Of a stretch of DNA of 64,000 nt, positions 1 through 11,475 are shown piece after piece (position 1 is the stretch's first letter; every line of letters starts with the position of its first letter). Position numbers and translations under genes: made by a program. The stretch spans positions 496,001 through 560,000 of the forward strand of contig OZ287088.1 of the NCBI GenBank assembly GCA_965645245.1. Direction: 5' to 3'. This DNA comes from Massalongia carnosa (lineage: Eukaryota). The notes beneath the pieces were generated by a model. It worked only from the letters and a program-made list of their open reading frames with translations. It made no database searches and had not been told where the DNA came from.

Positions 1-2943
1 AGCCCGACGGAAGGAAAGTTTGAAAGGAACGCCATAATCAAGCCAATGCCGAAAGGCCTGATAACGCGGTAAGTTCTGTTCACGTGCTATTGACCTCCGG
101 AGAATTTGTCGTTCGTTGGTCTCAGACATAAAGGCCGAGGTTGCAAAGTGAAGGAGTCCGCCCTGCCTTTAGATCAGGATTTAGTCGAGAGAAGTGGAAT
201 GACTCACCATAATTGCAATAGCTCTAAAGACCCACCGCCAGCCTGCATGTTCTGCCAAATATCCACCAGGGACAGGGCCAATGCTGGAACCTAGCATTGA
301 AGCTATCGTAAGGGCAGCTGTTGCTTGGCCTCTTTCCTTAAAGATAAAAAAGCCTTTGGGACCTTCGACGGAGCTACGATGGCGTCCGAGGATCTCCAGT
401 CTTTGAGATCTCTTCTTGTCAAGATACATGTCTTCGATGGATCTATGGCCAACGGCGGGGGTGCAGGCAGCAGCGCACCCCGCAAGAAAACGGATTATTA
501 TCAAGGCACTCGTGGTTGGCGCCACAGCACAAGCGACGTTAAAGATGATAGATAGAATGTTGCAGATTTTGTAAACAACGCATCTTCCATACGCATCTGA
601 CAATGGCATGAGCAAAAGCGGCCCAGTGATCTGCCCAAACACGAAGATAGAAACGATTAAGCTGCCTAGCGCATGGTTGCTAGAGCGAAGATCTAGCATT
701 ATTAGTGGAACGCTTGGTGCGACCATAGTAGAGGCGAAGCTGTTTAGAAAAGTGAGTGAGAGGATAATACAAAAGTTCTGGCGTTTCTGCCACGGATTCA
801 ATTTCATAGCGTTGCTAGGATCGCTTTGACTGCGCCAAGGTATTCCGGATTCGAAGTTGTCTACATAACTCTCGGACTCGAGGGCATTTATAGGGCTCCC
901 GCCCGTTAATCCGTCCTCGATATTGTGATTATCATCTGGATCCATGCTTATAGGACGTAATGTCACAACGTCCTGAATCCTCGCTGCTGGTGCAGGACGA
1001 TGGCGCTTCTTGGGCAAGATCGAGAGCCTACCGACCTTTCGCCAACGTCCGCGTATATTCTTACTTAGGTCAGTAGAAGGCGCGGTCTCCAGGTTGTTCA
1101 CAGGTTGAATTGAATCGTGAGCTACCTCAGCTTCAAATTCCCGGACACGATCGGGCATGTTGGGAGGTGAACTAGACGCCCGTCCTACAGCTAGGTTGTC
1201 CTTTGTTAAGTCTCTGAGCTCGTTGCCAAACTTGACTTTCTTGCCGTGAATAGTCTCCATTTCTCTGAATGCATGTTCCATAGTAACCATGAAGCAGGAC
1301 CGCCCTAATCCGGTTATGGCCACGACATAACCACAGACGTTGTTTTCACGCACAACCCATGCCCCAGATGCTCCAGAAGAAAGTGGTTTGTCAAGTAAGA
1401 CTTCTCGGACATCCATCACTGCCTGCCCTGTATTAATAGAGACGCTGGTCTGAGTGAGGAAGCCGCTGCAGCGTGTATTCACAGTGTCCATGATCTGGAC
1501 ATCGCCTGGGGAAAGTTCCAACGCTGGAATGACTGATGACATCTTGGCAGATGTCGCAAATTTTGATAACAGTGGATGCGTGTTTAGAACTTCGAATAGA
1601 GCCCAATCCGAGCTTGACGGATCAAAGCTTGTAGAATTACCTATCGTTATGACTTCCCCTAGGAATGAATAAGCTATAGCAGCCTTGATCTTTGATGTCC
1701 ACAAAGAGGTAAAGTTCATGGCGTTGTGTGGAGAGGATGGTACCGAGAAGAAGGAGGCTTCTACAGGATCGGCTTCACCGTCTGAGTCAGAGCTAGGATC
1801 TATAGGAGTTATGTCGTCCGAATTTGAGGCCTCGTTCGCGCTGCGCACGTCTGCGAGAAATGTATGCGCAGTGGTCATGATGAATAGAACTTCGTCAATA
1901 CTTATGACGCCACCAAGGGTTGCGTAGCGTTGCTGGACAGTGCCAGCCTGTAAAACATCGAATTTCATTTTGAGGCCCGAGATGGCTAGCACGTCACTTT
2001 GCTCGATGCAGACATCCTGGAGGATGCGAAGCCTAGCTGTAGATTCTTCGAATGACGGCTCTTCCGTCGACGAAGCTGCCCAGGACGCTAGCTGAGGTTG
2101 GTAGCGAAAATAGATTGGTTTGTTGAAGGTAACGAGGTGGTGTAACTTAAGTTTGTTAAGTTTTGTTTCAAGCTTCTTCTTGCAGTCCTCAGTCCCACAG
2201 CTAATCACAATCGTAGGCTTCGCCAACAATCTGTCGCGATGTTTTGTACCGACCATGTAGAATTGGGTAGTTGAGTGGATGGTATCCTTTCCAACGTTCA
2301 TGTTTTGAATAAGGGCCTTCACTTGCCGGTCGAGTATTGGTTTGACTGTGTTGTTCCACTCATCGTTCAACACATCCGGTATCATTGCTGCCTTGTCCAT
2401 ATAGCAATTCCTGCTCAGCCTCTCTATAGAGTTTTTGTTGAAAAAAATCTCCACCTCATAGTTCGAAGTCGCCGGACTTTCGATACTCTCATTCCTTAGA
2501 ATTGGGGCTGTGGTAGAAGCTACCGACGAAGTGATGGCCAGAGTGGGCGGCAGTCCCTCGGACTGCGATATGTCTCCTTCAACGCCATTCCGTATATTAT
2601 CACCATCTCCCGCTGTCCCTTGTCGAGAGCCTCGCTGCAGGACTGATCCGGGGGTTCCTTGCAGGTTTGACTCAATCTGTCGAGGTTCTGATGACAGCTC
2701 CACACCATTAGGTAGGTCATGATGCTGCCCGTTTGTTGTAGGGGTATCGGTCCGAGTCTTGTTTTTGCCTGCCTTTGTTGACGGCAGCCTAGAGCCCGGC
2801 TTGTCGGTGGGAGTTTTCAGTGGTATCAACTGCTGATATACACGTGAGAGGCGGGTCCATATGCGATCGTGGAGGGGAAAGGTGTCAAGCTTGTAGATTT
2901 CTGACGAAGTTGGAACTCGTCGCGTGGCGGTCGCGTCCATCAT
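1..2943 (-). CDS. Trypsin-like serine-protease domain fused to a C-terminal MFS (DHA1-like) transporter; 3' end beyond the left edge
   Basis: 920-aa ORF with ATLGG..TTAH / SDWAL / GASGAWVV..GYVVA motifs, followed by MFS TM1-6 (SFASTMVAPSVP, PLSDAYGR, RFLAG, GWRWVF). A GTGAGT..CAG intron at 207-163 restores the frame (GGLLHFATSAFMSETNERQILRR) to the window edge. Confidence 0.8.
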
Positions 2944-3348
2944 TGATCACATCCCAACTCTACCACCCTACATTTGGAGCAGACAATTCACTTATAACAA
3001 AACCAAGATCTCTAGCAACCTACTTTCGAAGAAACCATGTCTACCTACCTTCGGGCAGTTTTAGCTCGCCCCTACGAGCGGTCAGCCACACAGGCTGTGT
3101 GCTCTCTCACCTTGGCGCAATGCAAGAAGCTAAAAGGCTTGCCTAGTCAATAAAGGTTAAGTGCTGGGATGGAAACTTGCGCCTGAACCGCCGGCGACTT
3201 CCCTCATACTTTACACTTGATATGTACTCCAGCTCTACTCTGTTTTTATCGGGTTGCCGTCCCTGTTCGAACGCGACAGCTAGTTGCCCTTTTGATGATG
3301 GCCGACGTCCCCATCTTCACAACGGGCTTCGTGAACCACAATCATCGA

Positions 3349-4410
3349 ATGCAGCCGCTTGAAATCCAGTTACAAATCTATATCCAACAGGTGTTCTGGC
3401 CACGTTCGAAAGCATCGATAGCCGAGTATACCTCATACTTCAAGTATTTCCAGTGGGCCATATCTGTTCTCGCCTGGCCAGATGGTATCAATTATGACGA
3501 GCAATTCGCGATGAAGACCTACGGGGACCTCGCAAAGATAACGAAATGCATGGAAGTGAATCATGAACTTGATCGCTCGCTGATTGCCGAAAAGCTACAA
3601 CGCGAGTTCCCAAACTCAAATGAGGGACAGGTTCTACGTTCTATGGATCTCACAGCTCGCTTATGGTTGAATCTACACGTCCGATCTGGAGATTATCCAC
3701 TTGGGCCAAGTCTCTCCGACATGACAGATATCGAATGGATGAAGAAAGCATCCCTGGCAAAACTGATCCGGGACTGCTTTCAGGCTAGCAGTTACGCAGT
3801 CAATGAACGCCATCAAGGCATCGATACTGCATTTACGGTGGAGAATCTTCACAGATTCTGCCGCGTCAATGTACAATGGACGGCGAACCTCAAAGATCAC
3901 TTGAGCTATGACCGCTCCACATCAACGCTCTGTCTGTTTCCGCACAAGATCTGCCTCATAAGCCACCTCGAGTCATCCGATGTCTTGCCCGAAGACTTCG
4001 TACGTGAAACCATACAGACGCTCGATCTGCTTTTTCCCTTCGGCGAGGAGGGAACTCGAAAGTACCTGGACCAGACAGGCCAGACATTCTACCGGACATC
4101 TTCTCGAGATTTGTCTCGAGTGACGGACTTTGGAGAGTTCCGCTATTGGCGCAAACGGCTTGAGGATTTACACGACGTGTTCCATCAAGCGCCACGAAAC
4201 ATTTTGCAGTTGTGGTATGATAGAAGAAACCCTTTGCAGTGGTGGACATTTTGGCTCGCCGCGCTCATTGCGCTATTGACAATTGTCTTTGGTATTATAT
4301 CATCCTATACTTCCTTTCGGCAAGTGACGCTCGCGGAAAAAGCTTACGAGCTTTCCGTCTTGCAGGCTTGTTCGCAAGATAATTTCTCTGCGATCATATG
4401 TGGAAAATAA
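3349..4410 (+). CDS. Fungal hypothetical protein with one predicted C-terminal TM helix
   Basis: Uninterrupted ORF (the ORF track extends it to 3217; ATG 3349 is my preferred start). Motifs WTANLKDHL, TLDLLFP, FRYWRKRL and DRRNPLQWWTFW precede a hydrophobic helix. Confidence 0.8.
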   Translation: MQPLEIQLQIYIQQVFWPRSKASIAEYTSYFKYFQWAISVLAWPDGINYDEQFAMKTYGDLAKITKCMEVNHELDRSLIAEKLQREFPNSNEGQVLRSMDLTARLWLNLHVRSGDYPLGPSLSDMTDIEWMKKASLAKLIRDCFQASSYAVNERHQGIDTAFTVENLHRFCRVNVQWTANLKDHLSYDRSTSTLCLFPHKICLISHLESSDVLPEDFVRETIQTLDLLFPFGEEGTRKYLDQTGQTFYRTSSRDLSRVTDFGEFRYWRKRLEDLHDVFHQAPRNILQLWYDRRNPLQWWTFWLAALIALLTIVFGIISSYTSFRQVTLAEKAYELSVLQACSQDNFSAIICGK

Positions 4411-4917
4411 ACCAAAATGACGCTTCGTTTTTCAAAGCATTAACCTAGGCACAGCCAGTGAGACATTTAGCTATAGCGGCTCAATGTGAACACACAAGAA
4501 AACCCTTAAGTAAAAACCATCGAGTCCGCAGATAGCGCTCTCTGAGAAATCATAAACTGTCCTTTCTGAAATAGTGTAAACCCTGCCATGTCTTGCCCAG
4601 TTTAGCAAGTCGTCAGTTGTGATCGTTCTGATCGCCCCCTGGGCTATCCTAAGTCAACTTCGCGTACCCATATGAGACTTCTTAGAAACTCAGCAGACGC
4701 GTTCGTCTGAAACATTTCGAATTTCGACCAATCGATATATTTTAGAGGATGCTGCGTGGCGCTTGACTGTTGATTTTTTCTGCAATGATAATGTTAACAC
4801 CTGAGCTTCAACGATCAATCATATACTAACATCCAAGAAGCATCGCAAAAGCAAAAGCGCCCTCTGCGCAGTAAGCATGACCATCAGGATGGGAATGGGG
4901 ATTCAGGAGAAGAACTC

Positions 4918-5131
4918 TTGCCTCAGGAACTTAGTCGTGCCCAGCTCAGCCCCTTCGGGTTAGCCTTATAGAAGGATAAGCCGCTTCGGGTTAACAGGCT
5001 GACGTTCTCTACCCAAAGCAGTCGCAGCCACGTTATTCAGCTGGGGCACTAGTTCCAAGGAGCTTAGCGATATAGACTAACCCGGAGAGGCTTAGATGGA
5101 ACTAGAATGCTGAAAGGAACTGACTAAGCAA
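4918..5131. mobile_element. Degenerate MITE of the TTGCCTCAG-TIR family
   Basis: TTGCCTCAGGAACTTAGTCGTGCCC and GCAGCCACGTTATTCAGCTGGGGCAC..GAGCTTAGCGA..CTAACCCGGAG match the two ends of 21816-22606. Right boundary uncertain. Confidence 0.6.
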
Positions 5132-5453
5132 GTAAGCTTAAATCACTTATCTGCTTGATTCAGTCCGTCAAAGCTTACTTCAAGTGACAAATAAGGTCCC
5201 AGCACACGTCCAATACCCATTGGCTCTATATTGGCGAAACAGCTCGATTGTGCAACGATCGCGCACGTAGATGATGGAGAGCAGACAGATGGTAAAATAC
5301 GACTCTAGTTACCACGCGACAGACCGACTTTTGATTCGATTCAACGCCCAAGAACAATTCCATAGCGGATTGGTCCATCTCTCCTATAAACCACATCCTT
5401 CATTCATCTTCATCCTCATGAAAGCAATGTGAACCCTCGAATGCTACGTTCCC

Positions 5454-6256
5454 TCAAGCCACGCCTCCATTAACCCTAACGACCTGTCCCGTGATCCACC
5501 GGCTCCCGCTGCCGCTAAGAAAGATAATGGCATCCGCTACCTCCTCCGGCGTTCCGATCCGGTTCTGGGGGTTGAAACTCGCGATCGCCTTCAGCACCGA
5601 CTCCGGCTTGTCCTTGTAGAAGAGCTCGGTCCCGGTGGGGCCCGGTGCCACGGCGTTGACACAGATGCCCTTGCGCGCGAGGTCTTTGGATACGATCCGC
5701 GTCATTTGTTCGATGGCCCCTTTGGACGAGGCGTACAGTAGGTAGTTTGGCGTCACGTTGGAGGCGGCACATAGGGTGGTGGAAAGAAATACGATGTGCG
5801 ATCCGGAAGGCATGTGAGGTGCCGCTTTCTATGGATGATGTTAGTCTACCTCAACAGATGGGTTTGGTGTTCGTTGACTCGTACCTGGACGAGGAAGTAT
5901 GGGCCTTTGACGTTCAATTTATAAGTCTGGTCGAAGTCTTGCTCGGTCGTACTCTCAAGATCCCTCATCAACAAAACCGCCGCGTTCGGAATAAGAATGT
6001 CAATCTTCCCGAACTTGTCGATTGTGTGTTGAACCAGGCTCTCGATCTCCGGGACGCTGCCCACATCTGCCTTGATCGAGTGGGCACGGTCACCGCCGAT
6101 ATGTTTGACGACTTCGTCGGCAGCGCCTGAATCGGAGGAATAGTTGATTACCACGTGGGCGCCAGCCCGAGCGAGACCGATAGCGACTGCCTTTCCGATG
6201 CCTTTTGAACCGCCCGTGATAAGGGCAACCTTGCCCGAGAGACTATCCTTAGACAT
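5454..6256 (-). CDS. Classical short-chain dehydrogenase/reductase, 2 exons (intron 5884-5829)
   Basis: TGGSKGIG Rossmann motif, PNAA, YASSK catalytic motif, VNAVAPGP. The GTACGA..GACTAAC..TAG 56-nt intron joins the two ORFs in frame (FLVQ|KAAPHM). Confidence 0.93.
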
Positions 6257-6497
6257 TGGTGTGGGAAGCTGAAGATGCGGGGTATGTAGGATCTATTTAT
6301 TGGACTGGAATGGCGATTGAAAGGAATTTTGTGTCGTGACGAGCAGCAAAGAATCGAACGGTGTTAATGCCTTATAAACAGTTAATTAAAAGAAATATCG
6401 ATGACGAGCTTCAGATGACTTGCTTTTGTTTTAAGGAAATCCTTATGTCCGACACTCGTTCCGACTTAAATCCGAAAAGTCCAATGTCTGAGATGTA

Positions 6498-8124
6498 CAG
6501 AGGCGAATCTCAAAAGTAATGATAATACGCTAAAAGCTAGTGCCGTAATTTAAATTTCCGTACCGAGCCTGAAATTCTACCAACTATCTACAAATGCCAT
6601 TACCAACCATCTAATCAACGTCTTTTTGGTCTGAAACTGGCTGCAGTACGAATAACCTTCTGAATGCGTGGGGGAAGGTGATTTTTCGGAGATAAAACGG
6701 CTCTTTTTCTCAATAAGGGGGGTGTCAATGGCTTCTGTGTAGGGGGCTCAGGGGTAACTGCCCTGACATTCAACGGGCTGGGTGTATCATCATTTGATTG
6801 TCTGGATGATGGTCTCGTTGACGCCACAGAAGAAGAAGAAGAAGAAGAAGAAGCTGGTTTTGCTGTATTACTGAGCAATTCTTCCCTCAGCTGTTGAAGT
6901 CGCATTTTTCCTTCTTTGGTCCGTCCATCAACGTCCAAACGTCCTTCGCAATACTCATTTCCACCTTCCAATTCAATGACTTTTGCAATGTGACGTGGAA
7001 TTCTTTCAATCCATGCCTGAATATTCTCCTGAGGTAGATCGTCCCAAGTGCGATGCCACATAGATTCAGGAATTAACCGAGAACTAGGAGGACCTTTGGC
7101 AGTTGTACGTCGCTTCATCCAGGGTCAGCAGGGTTCAATCATGTTGAGATCAGGAGAATTTCCGGGCCATAAAAGACGCTCGATGCCATGACGAGAGAAG
7201 ATGGGAATCTGATGCTTGGAAGCATGAGACGGAGCCTTATCTTCCTGTACGATCATTTCAGACAATCCGGCTTCTCTTCTTTTTGCATTGCATTGCTGAG
7301 CAAAAGGAATCAGTTTTGGCAGAAGTATGACGTTTTGATACCGCCACCAATCAATGCCTCCTTTACCTTCTTTTCTGATCATCTTTCCATGTTCCTCATC
7401 CCATTTCCATTGCGGCTTTTTTCCTGGTAAATTGCGAGTTTAAAGACGTCTCATTCCATTGGTCAGCTCCCAATTTAATCTCTCACTGGCTTCCAATGCA
7501 GCATTCATCTCGTCAAGCTTGGTTTTGGCTTCCGCTTTTTCCGCTTTTGTCTCCGGTTTCCAGCAATGACATGGCCCCTTCCAATCGTACGAAAAGCATC
7601 CCCAAAACATGAATTCATGAGCCCCATGCCACCTGGCACGTACGGTGGATTTGACTGGTCTTCTTCCTTCCTTGGTTGTACGCCAAATTTCGACAGCTCC
7701 GCGACGGTGACCAAGCACTATTGCTGTTTCATCTGACCAAATAACCCGCTTCCAATCCTCCACGGTCCAGTCTTTATACAGGAAACAAAAAGCCAGTCTA
7801 GCCGCTTTCATTTCAGGAGTAAGCCCTGGTCTATACGACGGTTTGACTTTTTTATAGCCTCTTTGTTTCAGGATTCTCCACACGGTGCATCTGGACAGTC
7901 CAACTTCTCTTGCCAACTGGGCACTGGTTTTTTCACGGGCGTATCTGTCTTTTATGACTAGATCCATGACTTCATCTTCTTTCTCAGTAGTAGCCTTTCT
8001 CGGTCGACCAGATTTTTCTTCATGACGGGCGTATTTATCAAGCACCTGCAAAGAAATGGCGGGATCAAATCCTCGATCCCTGGCAATGCGACGAATACGA
8101 TAAATGTTGGGGACAGAATAACCT
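6498..8124 (-). mobile_element. Tc1/mariner transposon, frameshifted transposase, 5' end lost
   Basis: SGRPRK HTH, VIWSDET, QEDKAPSH, SPDLNMIE in ORFs 6615-8051. TA|CAGAGG terminus at 6498. Cut by the LTR at 8125. Confidence 0.85.
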
Positions 8125-8616
8125 TGTCAAGGACTGGGCAGGGGATTGAACTAATGTTCCTAGGAATTGGATTGGGTGATCAAGATGTCTTTATTAATAA
8201 GGCTATAGCTAGGTGATGGGTTGCTATACAAGACGTCGGACAAGGAGTCAACTATCTAATTAACTTGTCCTTCCTTTTATATTTGTCTCGAACCCCTTTG
8301 CATGAAGATTCGATCAGTGTTCATCTGCCCGTATTAGGAGACGTACGGCACGAAGGTTTGACGAGGTGTTTGACGATAAAAGGTGAAGATGAGGTTCTCC
8401 TGTCGTTGGTACGCTTTGATGACAGCTTTGACCTGAAGCCGTTGAGAGGGGTCTAAACTCGATTTAGTTAATGAGATTCTGACTAAGCTGAATAGAGGAA
8501 CGGGAGCTTAGTCAGATTCATCTGCGGGATTGATTCTGGATCGGGTTGGTTCGATTTCATGACAGTAGCTCCCCTTTCAAGAGCTGAGCTCCTGCGAAGC
8601 AGTTTTATTCATGACA
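8125..8616. repeat. Solo LTR family B with non-matching flanks
   Basis: TGTCAAGG..ATGACA; reverse-complement homolog of 33844-34281. Flanks AACCT / GCGAC do not form a TSD. Confidence 0.8.
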
Positions 8617-8873
8617 GCGACATCGAGGAATGGAAATGCTAAAGAGTTTAGTAGACAGCATGGAAAGGAGGATTGAAGCTTGAATCCAGTCAAAAGGATG
8701 GTATACGAAATATTAAAAATATATTTCTCAGCCTAATGTACTTACTATAATGTATGTAATCATCGTACGAAGTTTCAAGACAGCAAAATAACAACTTGAT
8801 AGTTGATAATTCAAAGCAGTGGGGGGGTAAAAAGTTGATGGTGGGGCTGTCGGAAACTTTTGACCTAGTACTG
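8617..8873 (+). mobile_element. 3' end of a Tc1 element (family of 23548-24894)
   Basis: SMERRIEA..KGWYTKY* and TIR GTCGGAAACTTTTGACCTAGTACTG|TA, nearly identical to 24640-24894. Confidence 0.85.
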
Positions 8874-9132
8874 TAGGTATAGTAGCATGATTGTCATTGA
8901 AGGTAATTATCTATGTGGGCTATAAGTCTGCTTTATATAGCAGTCACAAAATAGTCACATCTAGGAGCCTAAACGGTCAGACCTTGTCCCCCCATATCTG
9001 CTTGTTTAGGCACCCTGACGATCAGACCTTGACTCCCATATCTGCTTTTTTTAGGCACTGTGGGACTCACGATGGATGCCTATACTAGTGGTATTCTGAC
9101 CATCTAACCGATGGTAGCCTTACCATTTAACA
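8874..9132. repeat. Truncated solo LTR family C
   Basis: Matches 17465-17784 and ends CCATTTAACA. Interrupted at a TA by the Tc1 end. Confidence 0.85.
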
Positions 9133-9264
9133 GCGTCTCTTTCAGACCTACGTTGATTACCCCTATGATTGCTAAAAGGGTTGAGTAACGGAAGCGGTTA
9201 GTGCGCCGGCAGATGCCGTACTTTCCTTTGATTGGCCTTGGGTAGATGTGGTTGAACCGTGACA
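9133..9264. repeat. Truncated solo LTR family D
   Basis: Matches the right part of 29929-30302 (..GTTGAACCGTGACA). Confidence 0.85.
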
Positions 9265-11218
9265 TTTTCATGCCTATTCAATAGGCTTTGTCCCTTAGAC
9301 GATTCCAACAAATCAAAAGGTTTTTGAAACTCAATAATAGGCGTACGGAGCCTTTGGGCAGGGGCAAAGAAGCTAATTGGTGGAAGAAATTGGAACCGCT
9401 TGCTACCGGTTTTCGTGAAGTCGTTGGAGTATTACAAAACAAGGAAGCATCATATCTGTCATGGTGTGAGCGCGAGATGCTCTGCTAAGCGGTACCTCCC
9501 GACACGCTAAATGTTTTAGGTATCGCGTTAGCCTTAGTGGGGATCTAACCGCATTCAGGTAAGGAAATGGGTTCCGGGAGTTACATGGAAAATCTCTGCA
9601 GCAATTGATGCTTTCTTCCTTGTGTTCGTCTTGTCTATCTAGTATAGTCATAGCTAGCAATGCCACCACCTTTACCACCTGAATAGGCCCCCCCGTTGCC
9701 GCCTCGTCACAATATCAATTGACGAACAATTAATTAAATTCAAAGGTCGATCACGTCATACTTTACAAATAACCTCAAAGCAGGCTGGCAAAGAATTTAA
9801 AGTTTATAGTCTTTGTCAGAATAATTATTTGATATCGTTTTTGTTTGCCTCCAAAGTGAGTTGACTGATTCTTCATTCTGACTTCGGACAATGATACACG
9901 AAACCGCTTGTTTTTGCCGCAAAATCACGCTGTTTTCCGTTTCTTTTCTCGTAATAGGCTAGAATAACTAAAAAGAAGCAGGTCACGAAAATCAGTCAAT
10001 TTAAAACAGCCAGACAATTGGGATTTTTAGTAAAAGATGGTCTTTCAGATAATGCTTTGGTAATTCAGCTTTGTAAAACACTTCCCGAACCACTGAATTA
10101 CACTCTCTTCTGCGACAATTTCTTTACCAGCACGAAGCCATTCAAAGCTCTTCGATCACTAGGAATTGCTGCATGCGGGACAGCCAAAAAAGGCTCTGGA
10201 TTTCCCGCGGAGTTGCTGGCCATGCGGGATGTTGCGGTCAAAGCCAAACATTGGGGACTTCAGGCCAGTACAATTGTCGATGATGAGGTGCTTTGTATGG
10301 GCTGGGTGGATAATAACACCGTTCAAATCATGACTACTCGTCATCATCCTCGAGAGCTTGACAGTTTGTACTATTTAAATCCGCTGAAAAGACATGGTAT
10401 TCCAGAAGACTCCGCTCAACCAATCATACCTTATTACCCATCGATCTATGCTCACACCACTTTGATGCTTGATCAATCATTTTCATGACCGTTGGGCCTA
10501 CCGATTCCCGCCCCAATCAGAGACTACAATCTTTACATGGGCGGTTCAGACGGCAATGCTCAACAAAGAGCGGTTTATTCATACGAACGTCGAAGTGATC
10601 GGTATTGGTGGCCGTTGTTCATCTTTTTATTAGATGCTGCTGCGCTGAATGCATACAAGCTTTATTAATTAAATGATTCTAAAACAGAAGAGAAGAGACT
10701 CCCCCGTACGGATTTAATTCGTCATCTTTCTCTTGCTCTGATGAAGAACCCCGCTGGACAAACCCGATGATATGAGCCACAAGTAAGCGTACAAATCATG
10801 GTCGAGCCTCTGATCTCCTCTCCAAAGCATCATTACATTCATCTTGCTAAGAAGCAGAGTTCCGTGCCCTGCAATGTCAACAAAACAAGGCCTTCCAAAC
10901 GCAAAGGAGAACCATTGACCGAAAGGTATGCAAATGGAAAGAAAAGAAAGCGACGAGGTGCTCAAAAAATGTGGGCATGCGGAGGATGTCATCCAATTAA
11001 ACCTTGCTGTAAAAATCAGACCTGTTGGGAGGCATTACATCTGAACTGAAACGTGTGAATGAAATTCATGTAAATAGTAGTTGATTGGGCGTTCTGTCAA
11101 AAAGGGTCAAATAGGGGTAGCAAGTACTTGATCTGATTGGTGGGTAATTAAGGGTTCGGGAGCTCTAAACTATCTATAGTTAGTAGGGGAGGGTGATGCC
11201 TTCGTGCTAGCGAGAGGG
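9265..11218 (+). mobile_element. piggyBac-like transposon copy A (5' part missing, degenerate)
   Basis: SIDEQLIKFKGRS, CDNFFTS, GWVDN, YNLYMGGSD, YWWPLF and a C-terminal Cys motif. Right TIR ends ..AGCGAGAGGG. Confidence 0.85.
9457..9711. repeat. Solo LTR family E
   Basis: TGTCA..TCACA with a perfect ATATC TSD, interrupting the piggyBac coding sequence. Confidence 0.85.
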
Positions 11219-11475
11219 ATAGGGGCGAGTCCGACCTTTCGAGTCTTTCTTTCCTCTTTATCTTTATTTTTTTCGTTCATGGCGTCTCTATGACTAGCCT
11301 CTAGGTAGACCGTAACATAACAATAAAGATCCACTTCAATCTGCTATCCCATGTGAAGGATATAAAAGAATTCACCTGACAAACACGAAGACACCAGATA
11401 TTGATACCGACACCTAGAACCCGACGCCGAAGAGACGAAACGACAACAGACACCAGATCCCAGACAGCCTAGAGT

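Noticed and set aside
338..428. Possible intron explaining the MFS loop insertion
   Set aside because: The GT..AAG candidate is 91 nt, would shift the frame, and has a weak donor with no clear branch site.
106..3362. Many 60-110-aa ORFs overlapping the host genes (and similar ones across the TE block)
   Set aside because: Shadow ORFs on alternative frames or strands, with no motifs.
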